Shown here: in pieces, positions 11,264 to 22,465 of the stretch
Layout of the letters: each line of letters begins with the position of its first letter
Position numbering within the stretch: the first letter of the stretch is position 1
Assembly: GCA_964187785.1 (NCBI GenBank)
Contig: OZ076409.1
Location: 89,840,001-89,904,000, forward strand
Direction of reading: 5' to 3'
Source of the DNA: Amphiscolops sp. MND2022
Lineage: Eukaryota
Length of the DNA: 64,000 nt
Position numbers and translations under genes: made by a program
Notes under the pieces: model-generated
Databases searched by the model: none
The model's input: the letters and a program-made list of their open reading frames with translations, nothing else
What the model was told of the DNA's origin: nothing

Positions 11264-13326
11264 AAACAAGACGGGAACGTCTAAAGTCGGCGCTATATCT
11301 AAGGCTCAAAAAGCGGAAAACATTTTTTTGCGAGAAACTTGAAATTTTCGAAATTTTTTTCTTTCGGAAACTGTCGACCAGTGCCAAAAAATGTAAAAGA
11401 GGGGACCCTTTTTGATTTATAAACATGCATTCTGTTGCAAAATAACAAAAAACTCAAAGGGGGGAACCTTTGGGGACATTAAAAAATTTTCGAAAAAAAG
11501 TCGCACAGTGCCGAAAAAAAATTCGAAGGGGGGTGGTGGGCTCTTTAGTCCCGTCCGGCTTTGTAGGTTATCTTGAAAAAGTAAAAAATGAAAGGGGGAC
11601 CCTTTACCCTTTGCACTAAGTTTGCCTTGGCCCCTTTGCCAGACTGGGCGCCTTAGGTGATTTCAGGATTGTTTCTAAAAAGTGGACCGATCAGTGTGAG
11701 GATTGTAGTCTGAAGAAACAAGACGGGAACGTCTAAAGTCGGCGCTATATCTAAGGCTCAAAATGCGCAAAAGACTTTTTTAAAAAAAAACGGAAATTTT
11801 TGATTTTTTTTCTTTCAGAAAATGTCGCATAGTGCCGAAAAATGTAAAAGGGGGGACCCTTTGGGCTTTATTAACATATATTCTGTTGCAAAATATCAAA
11901 AAACTCCAAAGGGGGACTCTTATAAGACATTTAAAAAATTTCGAAAAAAGTCGCCCAATGCCGAAAAAAAATCGAACCTTTTAGTCTCGTCCGTTTTTGT
12001 AGGTTACGGTAAAAAAGTAAAAAATGAAAGCGGGGACCTTTTTGCACTAATTTCCGCTGACCGGACTTGGCCTTATGCTAGTAGTTTTAGTAGTTTCGAT
12101 TGTAAGAAAAGTGGCCCAATCAGAGTGAGATTGTAGTTTGACGAAAAAAAAAAACTAGCCACTGTAAGAGTCGGGCACTTTTCCTTAGAAAAGCGCCGAC
12201 TAAAAACAAGACGGGATCGTCTCAAGTCGGCGCCATATCTAAGGCTCAAAAATATTCAAGGAACAACTATTGGAAACATTTGCAAAAAATTAATTTTTTT
12301 CAAAAAAATTGTTTTTGAAAAATTTTGTTTTCGAAAAAAGTATTTCTTTAAGTCGCACAACTTAAAACTCAAAAAGAGGCCATTCAGGCTCATTGAACGA
12401 TTTTACAAACCGAAAACTTCAAAAAAATGCAAGGGGTACCCTTTGATAGAATCCGAAAATTTTCGAAAAAAAAAGTCGCATAGTGCCGAAAAAAAACCAA
12501 ACGAAAAAAACCTTTGGTCTCGCATCTACTTTTGGAAGCATAAAAAAATTTGTGGTTTAGTGCGAAAATCGAACCCACGATCTCCTGCTTCTCAGAAAAT
12601 TAGTTGAACAAATGAACAAAGATTGTAAGAAAAGTGGACCATTCAGAGTGAGATTGTCAACTAAAAAAGAAAACAAGACGGGAACGTCTAAAGTCGGCGC
12701 TTTTTCTAAGGCTCAAAAAGCGCAAAAAAAATTTTTTAAAAAATTTTTGAATATTTTGTCTTTCAGAAAATGTCGCATAGTGCAGAAAAATGTAAAAGGG
12801 GGACCCTTTGGGCTTTATCAACATCTATTCTGTTGCAAAATATCAAAAAAAACTCGAAAGGGGGACTCTTTTGATACATCAAAAAATTTTTGAAAAAAAG
12901 TTGCACAATGCCGAAAAAATTGAAAGGGGGGACCCTTTAGTCTCGTCCGGTTTTGTAGGCTACGGTAAAATAGTAAAATATGAAAGGGGGGACCCTTTTG
13001 CACTAATTTCCGCTGACCGGACTTGGCCTTATGCTAGTAGTTTTAGTAGTTTCGATTGTAAGAAAAGTGGTCCAATCAGAGTGAGATTGTATTCTGACGA
13101 AAAAAAAACTAGCCACTGTAAGTGTCGGGCACTTTTCACTAGAAAAGCGCCGACTAAAAACTACCCACTGTAATAGACGGGCTTTTTTCCTTAAGGGAAA
13201 AGGCGCCGACTAAAAACAGTCACTGCTATAGTCGGGCATTTTTCCCTTAATGGAAAAGCGCCGACTAAAAATAGTCACTGCTATAGTCGGGCATTTTTCC
13301 CTTAAAGGAAAAGCGCCGACTAAAAA
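11264..13326 (-). mobile_element. Head-to-tail array of four family-A Helentron/HINE-like elements plus short ~60-bp terminal repeats
   Basis: aacaagacggga(a/t)cgtct..agtcggcgc recurs near 11264, 11716, 12204 and 12671; gcgccgactaaaaa ends recur near 12206, 13160, 13215, 13271 and 13326. The repeat is certain; the class is inferred from the terminal layout. Confidence 0.7.
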
Positions 13327-13523
13327 CGGTTCGAATTGGAAAATGTCACAAACTTGGGACAGAAAGAAGTGGAACGCGCCTATAAAAAATTGGAGGGCAA
13401 TAGGCTGCGTTACGTTTTCCTTCTCTTAGAAAGTACAATGTAGTGCAATGAGCAGATCGCCCAAAAAGTAGACCAGTTGTTGAGCAGACTATGATTTGAC
13501 CAGCTATTGGATAAAACAATATC

Positions 13524-13881
13524 TTTAGTCGGCGCTTTTAGAATAAAGCCCGACTATTAGTCACTCGTTTTTTTAAAAGACTTGAATGCGACGAAATTTT
13601 TGTTCAGTTTGTTCAACTAAGCGAATCCTGGGAAACGCATCTAAGTTATAGCAAAGGGCCCCGTTTCACTTTTTTTTAAACGTAACATACAAAATCGGAC
13701 GAGACTAAAGGGTTCCCCTTTCATCTTTTTTCGGCGCTCTGAGACTTTTTTCGATTTTTTTGTCTCCAAAGTGTCCCCCTTCGATTCTATTGAAATCCCT
13801 CGTAATATCCGGAGTAAAGGGCTATATCCGAACTTCATGAAAACATCTTACGCATATTTTAAAAACTACGCTTTTTGAGCC
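13524..13881 (+). mobile_element. Family-A element in the opposite orientation, 3'-truncated
   Basis: Starts tttagtcggcgctttt...gcccgact and ends at ttttgagcc without the terminal hairpin; near-identical to 51342-51700. Confidence 0.65.
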
Positions 13882-13959
13882 TTTAACAACATCAAAACAT
13901 AAGCGTGAAAATGCAAAACAAAACTACAATCAATCGCACTCAACAATTGATAGTTATAA

Positions 13960-14340
13960 CCGAAATCGTTGTATTCGAAGCCATTAGCCATTTATTACCT
14001 GACGGTGAACTGAAACGGAAGTAGACAGAACGGAGAAGTGAACATGAATGGTGAACTGAATTAATCTGAACTGATCAAAGAAGATCACTTTTTAGCCGGA
14101 GCTTTTTGGAATGAAACACAACTATTATATTGGCATTTTGTCGAAGTGGCCGGTAGAAGGGGTTGAAAGAGTTATATAAAGAATTCCACATGTCTAATAT
14201 CTGAAGAAGGCCAAAAGTGTTGAAAAAGTTTTTTTCTGGAATTACAAGCTATAAATGACTTTTTCGACGCTATGCAACTTGTTTCGGAAGTTTTTCTTTT
14301 TGTAAAGAGGTCTCGCTTTTTGATGTTTTTTAATGGTTCT
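13960..14340. repeat. Uninterrupted (empty-site) copy of the repeat targeted by the BEL element
   Basis: Joins the two BEL flanks across a single AGTTA near 14170. Confidence 0.85.
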
Positions 14341-14512
14341 AATAATTTCAGATATGCTTGCAAAACGTGCTTTAATGTTCAAAAATTCATGAGAAGTCTG
14401 CTTCGACTGTCTCGCGGCTTGAGAATTTGAAAAATTTAAAAACTGCATTTCAAGCGAATTTTTGATGCTTCAAATCGAGAACTTGTCATCCACAAGAACG
14501 TATAATAGCTTA

Positions 14513-15270
14513 CAGTAGCGTTCTAAAATATCGCAACCTCATAGCATAAAATTGCAAAATTCAAAACCAAATATCTCATAAACTGTCACGAATACAAAAT
14601 TTTGCCAGCTAGGAAAGTTTCTTAGAATTTTATCTAGTTTACAAAAATGTTTGTTTGAAATTTCTACGACCGTTACCAAAAAAGTTAGAAATTGCAAATT
14701 TTAGTAAATTTTAATTGAAATTTGAGTTTTTTCGAAAATTGAGTAACTTAGAATAAATTTTTTTTGGATTTTTTTTCATTGGGAAACTTCCTATAATCTC
14801 CCGAACCTACTGAAATGTTTTGATCGAGAATTTTTTTCGAATCAGAAAAATACACTATATTTCGTGTCTATGAGCACTGAAGTACATGTATTAAGATAGG
14901 CTATAAGAATTGTATTTAGAAAATTGATGATTTTTATTTGAAATCGAAAAAGTTTTCCGATCAAATTATATCAGCATCCTCAGGAGATTTGGGCGCAAAT
15001 GATTGACTGAAAATTTTTCAAAAACATATTTTCAACTTTTTGAAAATCCAGAAAAAGTACAAATTTGATTAAATTTTGTCAAAATTTCCAATTTCTAACT
15101 TCTGTAATTTTTGTCGCAGAAATTTTAAACAAACATTTTTGTAAACTAGATAAAATTCTAAGAAACTTTCCTAGCTGACACTTTTTCGTATTTGTGACAG
15201 TTTTCAAGAAATTTGGATTTGAAATTTGCAATTTTAAGCATTGGAGTTGCGATATTTTAGAACGCTACTG
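14513..15270. mobile_element. MITE with long TIRs and TA target duplication (Tc1/mariner-pogo type)
   Basis: TA-CAGTAGCGTTCTAAAATATCGCAAC ... GTTGCGATATTTTAGAACGCTACTG-TA; the imperfect inverted repeat extends about 200 bp (e.g. 14608-14657 vs 15127-15176). Confidence 0.92.
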
Positions 15271-16609
15271 TACATTGTCTTATTTGCTCTTTGTAAACTT
15301 GTTAAAGCTCTATTTAGGTGTCCAAAAAAACCTTTCCGGAAAATTTTCCTCTCAGGATTTTTATTCCTATTGCGGCTTTTCGATTTTCATTTTGCAGAGG
15401 TAAATTAATAAAAATTTTTTATTCAACTACTTTTTACCTGCTTGTATCATGTAACAACAAACAGAAAATATTTTTGAAGAAAAAAGTCGCATGTCTTCCA
15501 TGAACTCAATGCTTCAAAACTAATAAAATTGGTATTCGAGTCTCAAAATGGCGAGTTTTTTCCATGTGAACGAAGCCATGGACATTTTGCATCGATAACG
15601 TTCAGTTCAATCATTCCGAGTAGTAATCGTTCAAGCTGCTATCATCGCGATAACTGAGGAACATTGTTACCGCTGGTAATAATATATTTGTTTTCCAAGT
15701 TTCAAACCATTTTGAAATGGTCGGTTGATTTTTTTCAACGTTAACGTTCATGCATTTCATCATCATTCATTTTACCACTGCAATATTTCTCGTTTAAAAT
15801 TATGTAGTTATTATTTTTACTCAGCAAGTGCGCGTTTGGCTCCAACGGTCGCTCAAATATTGCTGCTTTTTACAACTGTTTGATGAAAGAAATGTTCATT
15901 TGACAACGAGGTTGATGAAAATTGCTCAAATCTGTTTTTTGTTTCTGACTAATGCTGAAACATAACATGTCATTATTGTAAAAATAGACTCTCTTCTTTG
16001 TACAGCTTGTGTGATATTCATTTTTCCATTGCAAATTCTCAAATTCGACAACAACTGTAGGAATTCAATTTGATATCTCGTTTCAAGTGGTGAAACGTTT
16101 TTTTTTTCACTGTCACGGACGGCGGCGTAGGAGCGAAGCATGAAAGAGGAATAACATATGTTGCCAAATCATTTCAATGTTTTCCGTTTCGAAGCCGACA
16201 ACTCATGCTGTGCATACAAAAATGTACGAAAAAAGATACTGTTTGCATAAAACTAAAATTTGGTTGGTATGAACGCGGAGCTTGCAGCTTTCCATTGCCG
16301 AGTGAAAACAGCACATCGTTTTGTCATACTTACCATCCATCGTATAGTCATCATACTTACCGTCATTTAATCTATTGCAAGCCGCCATAGCATGGTATTA
16401 TCCTAGATGCATTACTGCTGTTTCTACACCATTGTTCAATAAAGCAATAACCGTAATATTCAACGCCATTTTGAGAAAGTACAGCACGTTGGTTTTCATC
16501 CTTAAACACCACAGTTAGTTGTTATTGTTCCTTCAGAACAGTTTAGCTAATTCATTACCTTGCTTTTCTTCACATGGACGCATTAAACCTGCTGATTGGT
16601 GCTGTTTAG

Positions 16610-16682
16610 AAGTCAAAGCCTTCTTTGCTGGACAACGACAAACAGCCTTCACCAGCACCACGTGATTATTCCCACCGCAGCA
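16610..16682 (+). CDS. Candidate upstream exon of the SORBS-like gene (KSKPSLLDNDKQPSPAPRDYSHRS)
   Basis: gctgtttag acceptor, GTGAGT donor, open frame ending in phase 1, compatible with the exon at 26276; no homology evidence. Confidence 0.45.
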
Positions 16683-17198
16683 GTGAGTCATCCATTACTA
16701 ATATTCTTTAATCCTTTTTTCAAAAAATGGATAAAATCTTTGCACCAACAGCATCTATTGAATATCTATTGCACCAACAAACCCGCGAAAACGTTTTGTC
16801 AGAAAGAGAAGAATGAGTGAAAAAACCAATTGAGTTAGCTGAAATGAAAACGAACGAATACAGAGAAATGGGGAAAACCCGTATTCAATCAGTTCAACTT
16901 CGGGCCTGTGTGGATTGATATCGACAGCAAAAGACTTGCGGAAAAATTGAGGAAAAACATCGATGAATTTCTTTACACTCCATTGTTTAAATTGCTTATT
17001 GTTTTAACATGTTCAACTTGAAAAAGTTGAATACAACAAACATTTTAGCATGAAAGTTTCGCTAAGAGTTGTAGAAAGTCATGACAAAAGTTGTTGCAGC
17101 CTTGAAAGAAGTTATACCTTTCTCAAGGTATACCCACAAATATATATATCTATATATATATTTCAATACTATCCGAAATTTTGACGTTATATTCGGAG

Positions 17199-17613
17199 TA
17201 GGGCTGTGCAATTATCATCTTTTTGAGTTCGGTCGGTTATTTAAAAAATCGGTCGGTTAATTATTAGAAAAAAACGTGTGAATCAGTAAATTTTACCTTC
17301 ATTTTTGAACAATTTACTCAAAGCAATTTCTTAAAAAAAACAAGTTTGCAGAAAGTTTCTGGGCTCAGAGATTCTCTTCGCGTAGTGATAATGTTGCCTG
17401 AATCGCCCAAATGTCGTTCGCTAGGAGCTGCTGTAGCTGGTATTCCAAGTGGTCGTTAATCAATCACGCAATTCAAGCACTGAGTCGGTTTTATTCTTTA
17501 TAATTTATGTTTTCTTTATGCAATTTGAAAGAAAGTTTTTCATCCTAATCGGTTTCGGTTATTGACAACTTCGGTCGGTTAATCGAGTTCGGTCGGTTAA
17601 TTGCACAGCCCTA
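17199..17613 (-). mobile_element. Non-autonomous hAT derivative retaining a C-terminal dimerisation-domain fragment
   Basis: 16-bp TIR TAGGGCTGTGCAATTA; 8-bp TSD ATTCGGAG/ATCCGGAG; minus strand about 17335-17450 translates LGIPATAAPSERHLGDSGNIITTRRESLSPETFCKLVF. Confidence 0.9.
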
Positions 17614-17931
17614 ATCCGGAGTAAAGCGCTATATCCGAATTTTGGACGCGCTAAAATTGAAAGGGGGACCCTTTGGAGACATTGAAAAATTTCGAAAAGT
17701 CTCAATGCCGAAAAAAAATCTGACAGGGGGGACCTTTTAGTCTCGTCCGGTATTGTATGTTACGCTGAAAAAAGAAACAACTTTCATGTTTCAGTTCCTT
17801 GTGCCAAATGGTCCAATTTGACACCTTAAAGTTTCGTAGAACTTTGTAGAACTATTTTGGTCAGTTCGTGTGGATTGAAAAAAATTCACTAGTATAGTCG
17901 CGTTTCACTTCATGAAGCGCCGATTAAAAAA
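17614..17931 (-). mobile_element. Family-A element fragment (host of the hAT insertion)
   Basis: Family-A internal motifs (gggggaccttttagtctcgtccgg) and a gcgccgattaaaaaa end; reverse match to 62285-62500. Confidence 0.6.
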
Positions 17932-18059
17932 GTGCATTTCTGAGAAATAGTGTTCGCTACAACACATTGTATTGTGCATATTTCTGAGCAGTTGTTGCCG
18001 TCGACGTTTAGAGGACTTAGAGGACGCCTCCCTTTCGTGTACTCAATTTTAACTCCGCG

Positions 18060-18385
18060 CTGTACGTCTTTTTTCGATTTTTTTGTCTCCAAAGGGTCTC
18101 CCCTTCAAATTTTTTGATATTTTGGTAACAAAATGAAGTTTCATAGAGCCCAAAGGGTCTCTTTTTTTGAAAAATTTTCGGCACTATGAGACTTTTTTCG
18201 AAATTCTCATTTTTCGTTTCTCGAAAATTTTTCATAGTCTCCAAAGGGTCCCCTTCATTTTTTTGATATTTTACAACAAACGGGACTTTCAAAAAGCCCA
18301 AACCGTCCCCCCTTTTGCAATTTTAAAAACTTTGCGCTTTTTGAGCTTTAGATATAGCGCCGAATTTAGACGTTCCCGTCTTGGT
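18060..18385 (+). mobile_element. Family-A element, 3' part
   Basis: Ends gatatagcgccgaatttagacgttcccgtcttggt; start is approximate. Confidence 0.6.
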
Positions 18386-18598
18386 AACCACTTAAACTCT
18401 GCCTCCTGGTCATACGACAAAAAACTTGTTGCCTTGTCACAATTACATCACCTTACAAGCATGGGTGGTACAAGTATCAATCTGTGTGGTGCCTACCGTC
18501 AGATGCCATGACACGTATTTGTGTGAAATTCTGTGGCGGAAATATGTATACAAAAGTTGTGATAATGCTTGTGAAATTTAGCTTTTGTTAACAATTTT

Positions 18599-20721
18599 TA
18601 TTTTCCGCCCATATTTCATATGGGAAAAGAAAATATTTAAATCAAACGGTTTTTTTTACAAAATTTGGCAAGCACGAAATTTATATTCAACTTTAAGGGT
18701 GTTGCCCAAAGAATTCAACTCACAAATTTAGCTTCGTGCGATATGTATTTGTAGAGATTTTTGGACTTTTTTGGGAATGACGAAAATGACCCCATAATGA
18801 CCCTAAATAACCCCGAAAATAAAAATTCAAAAATTTCCCAATTTTCAACGTTTTTATGCAATTTTTGTCGAAATTTCGACAGACTTCGTAGATTGGAATG
18901 TTAAATAGGGTCAACAAGGAAAGAGGTTGTTGTCTAGTAGTCCTTTATGAAGAGATAATTGCAGTTTTCTAAATGAAAATTTTCTCAAATTGACACCCAA
19001 AATGAGAAAAAACCCAAAATTTTTGAAGTTTCGATGTTTTTATGCAGTTTTTATCAAAATATCGATAGACTTCGTGGACTAGAATGTTAAAACCTCCCAA
19101 ACATTGGAAGGACTCCTCGTTTCAGTGAGCTTTCATTGAGAGAAAAACAATTTGTAGTAGAAAATTCCTCAAATTGACTCAGAAAATGTCGATAAATTTA
19201 AAGTTTTTTTCGTTTCGATGCAATTTCTGTACAATATCCGAGAGCTCTCGTTACTAGTTCTAACAGTCAAAACGAAAGCGATGCAGTTCATTATTTGAAG
19301 AGTACGTTGCAGCGTTTTGCTTCAAAAACTCCGGAATGACTCCAAACGAGTCGAAAAATCGAAAAAGTTCAAAATCTCGTTTTTATGCAACTTGTATGTA
19401 CTTTTTGAATCGTTTTGGATTCAGAATGTGGGCAAACGTTCAACAATGATGGAACTCAAAATCCACTAGGCTCTTGATTTGCTTCGGTTAGAAAATGGTG
19501 AAAATTTTGACGTTGGATAATTTTAACGATGAAAGTCTCCAAAAGCTTAACATGATAAAATTAGGTCCGCAGGACATTTTTCGAAGAGAAATCTGCATAT
19601 TTTATAGCAGAAAGTTTCCTCAGAAGGACCCAAATAATGCAAAAACTGAGAATTTTCATTTTAAAATATATTTTATGCACTTTTTTGTACAATTTTTAAG
19701 CTACTTCCTTGCATAAAGAGGTTCTAAAAACTGAGTAATGACTAATCCCGGTATCCAGTAGAAAGTTTTTAAGACATAACTACAATGTTTTTGGAATTTC
19801 CTGAAAAACATCCCAAAATCCAACAAACGACCAAAAAACGCGTTTTTTGACAAATCAATCCAACTTTTTGTTCAAACCATGAAAGTTTTGTGGAATAGAA
19901 ATTCCGTTTGCATGAACTTTGAAACAATAAGGTATTCAAAACGCAATTTGGGAAAGAAAGTACGATGAAGTTCCTCGAGTTTACAACAAAGGTGTCGGAA
20001 TTTCCGAATTTTCCCAATTTTCGACAACCAAGTAACAATCTTGGAACCTTTCCAAAATTTTACTTCAATCAGAAGACCCAATAGGCTCAGGATTGAAACG
20101 TGTAGCTGCCGTTAGTGTTTCGGAAAGATATCAGACAAATTTTCGTGCACAATTTTCAAAAAATTATTCGAAAACGTAAAATTCTTTTTCGACCTTTTTT
20201 GTGAAATATTAATATCAAAAAGCTCCAAGCAAAATCACTAGATATGGAGTGAACCTTCAAAGGGAAAATGTTTTTTTTTTTCAGTTTCCCACGTAGGAAG
20301 AAAACCTGAGAAGGACCCAAAAACAAAAATGAAAAGAGGCATTTTCCACAATCATCAAGAAAACTCATCAGTTCCAAAGTATCAAAAGTAACAAAGAGGT
20401 CATCCCTAAGACTCGGGAAACTTATTTCCTTTACAGAAAACCTCAAAAACTAAAATTTGTGGAAAACGTTTTTCGAAAATTGTCTTCGAAAAGTTTCTTT
20501 CACGCGGTAAGTCGCATAGTGCCGAAAATACGAAAAGTGGGCAGCTATTGCAGAAATATTAAATTAGGTGTTGCTTTTAAAAATGGACTAAGATGAATCA
20601 AAGCTTTTTTTCTTCGAACTTTTTTTCATAGTGCATTGGCTATTCTTGAGCCTCAAATTTATATAGCTGTAGAGAACAGTTTGGGGCGGAAAATATCTCG
20701 CTGCTCAGAGGTCGTCTTGTT
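18599..20721 (+). mobile_element. Family-B Helentron/HINE-like element, copy 1 (shorter)
   Basis: 5' TATTTTCCGCCC plus CCCATAT-TTC-ATATGGG hairpin; 3' GGGCGGAAAATA, hairpin remnant and CGTCTTGTT; colinear with 35996-39351. Confidence 0.7.
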
Positions 20722-21498
20722 TTCGGAAAGGCTCTAACAAGAAAGCCAATTTCGCTATCGTTTCTTTTCCTGATGCCAGGATGATCCTCAAAGCAACAGC
20801 ATTTTGCAAGTAACATGTGGTTTTGCTCAGTTAGTTGGCATCAGTTTGCATACATTATCAGGGGTTAAGAAATCGTCCCCCTACGTGCTGAGCGTCGCCA
20901 TCAAATAATTGAAATTGTTTCTTTGCTCTCACTTTCAATTTTGATCGTTGCATTGAGTAAAATCCCAGGCATAGAGGACCTTACAGGTCTTTTCCTAGTT
21001 TTGAGGACATTTTGAGCATGAATATCTTTTTTCACAACAGGACCAGTTGAACGCATTCACGCAACACCAGATTGATGGAAATTCAAAACTGACAGTTACC
21101 GTTTTCAATCCGCAGTTTCCGCTATACAATGAATTGCAATATAGAATAGTGGGATAAATTTGAAAAATGCACACTTTTGATAAATGTTTCGGACAAGTTT
21201 TGTTTTGCCTGGAAACTCGAAAACCACTTTGTTTTTTAAAATGTGATTGAAAAGATTCCCAAATTTCGAAAATACAGTTGAGCAGATGCGACCAAAAATA
21301 CGGAAGTTAGCGATTTGCAAATTTACATGTATTCGATCTCGACTTAACAAGCCAAAGTCGTTTGTGTTGACTACAGTAAAATCCGCTTATAGCGAACGCC
21401 TCGGGACCACGACCTCGCGTACCTTATATCCGAAGTTCGTTATAACCGAAGTTAGTCAAAACAATCAATCAAATGAGAATAAATTCACGTATGACAAT

Positions 21499-22408
21499 TT
21501 ATCCAACAAAATTATCAAGTGTGGACTGTCTCAAAGGTTTAGGATGGCACTCAAGAAACATTTGTAGGGCTCTCAAGTGGCCGAAAACACCTTCTTCTTG
21601 CCCGCCCTGCAAAATATAGTTACGGAGATTATTCAGCGCTTCCCGTGCTTGTTTATGTGAAACAAGTGGCAGCTCGTCGCCTTGATCATCGATGTCTTCA
21701 ATATCACAGTCGTTGTCTTCAGAGATATGAATCTGATTAATGATGGCTTCATTGTTCAGTTCTTCCGATGTTGCCAGTACATCATCGCAACTCAAATATT
21801 CTGACATATTCTGAAGATTTGATTTGAAACACGCTCTTTACTCTTTTTTCCATCCTGACAGGTTTCGCCCTTGAAACAGAAGGTTTTTGACGGTAGGAGT
21901 CTCCAGAATACTCCAGTTTCATCGGCGTTGAAAATATCATCAGGTGCGAAGTCTTTCAAAAAGGGTGTCATTGTGTCTTTCTGCCATTGGTGGATTGTAT
22001 TTGGGCAGACAAGATTCGCTTCACCAGAGATTGTTCGGTAGACTATGGAGTTTCTTTGCTTCCATCTATGAAGCCAGCCATCCGAACACACCCAATTCTT
22101 GTATTCAAGTTGTTTAGCAAATTCTTCAGCTTTCTGTTTTAAGAGTGGACCACTCAAAGGCACTCTGTTGGCTCTTTTATCGGTAAACCAGAGGACCAAA
22201 GCTTTATCGACGTCATCAAAAGCTGATTTTCGTTTCCGTTTGTTTGATGGATGGTTAATGCTCGGTTCTGATTTTAAAAGGCCACTAAGAGTAGTTTTAC
22301 TGATGCCCTTTTTCTTTGCAAATTCCGATAAAGTGGTATTCGAGGGGCGAGTGTTAAATTCATTCCGGATATTTTCTTATGTTGAGTGAACGATTTGCGC
22401 GTGCTCAT
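21499..22408 (-). pseudogene. Tigger/CENP-B-like transposase remnant
   Basis: ATG at 22408 (MSTRKSFT...), early frameshift, HTH region (GISKTTLSGLLK; LVLWF..PLSGPLLKQKA..SDGWLHRWKQR), first catalytic motif IFNADETG, then a jump from KKSKERV to the acidic C-terminal tail; most of the DDE domain is missing. Confidence 0.9.
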
Positions 22409-22465
22409 TTTGATCTGAAATTCAACTTGAATGAACGCAATGCAGTGTGTTTTGTTTACTTTTCA

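Noticed and set aside
11012..11426. ORFs with poly-Ile or poly-Leu runs
   Set aside because: Translations of the (TAA)n microsatellite.
13161..13326. Short regularly spaced repeats resembling a CRISPR array
   Set aside because: No unique spacers, eukaryotic context, no cas genes; they are reiterated transposon termini.
15430..16560. Minus-strand donor-like motifs (GTAAGT twice near 16330-16360) and a Kozak-like ATG at 15548
   Set aside because: No consistent exon chain; the ATG frame stops after 16 codons.
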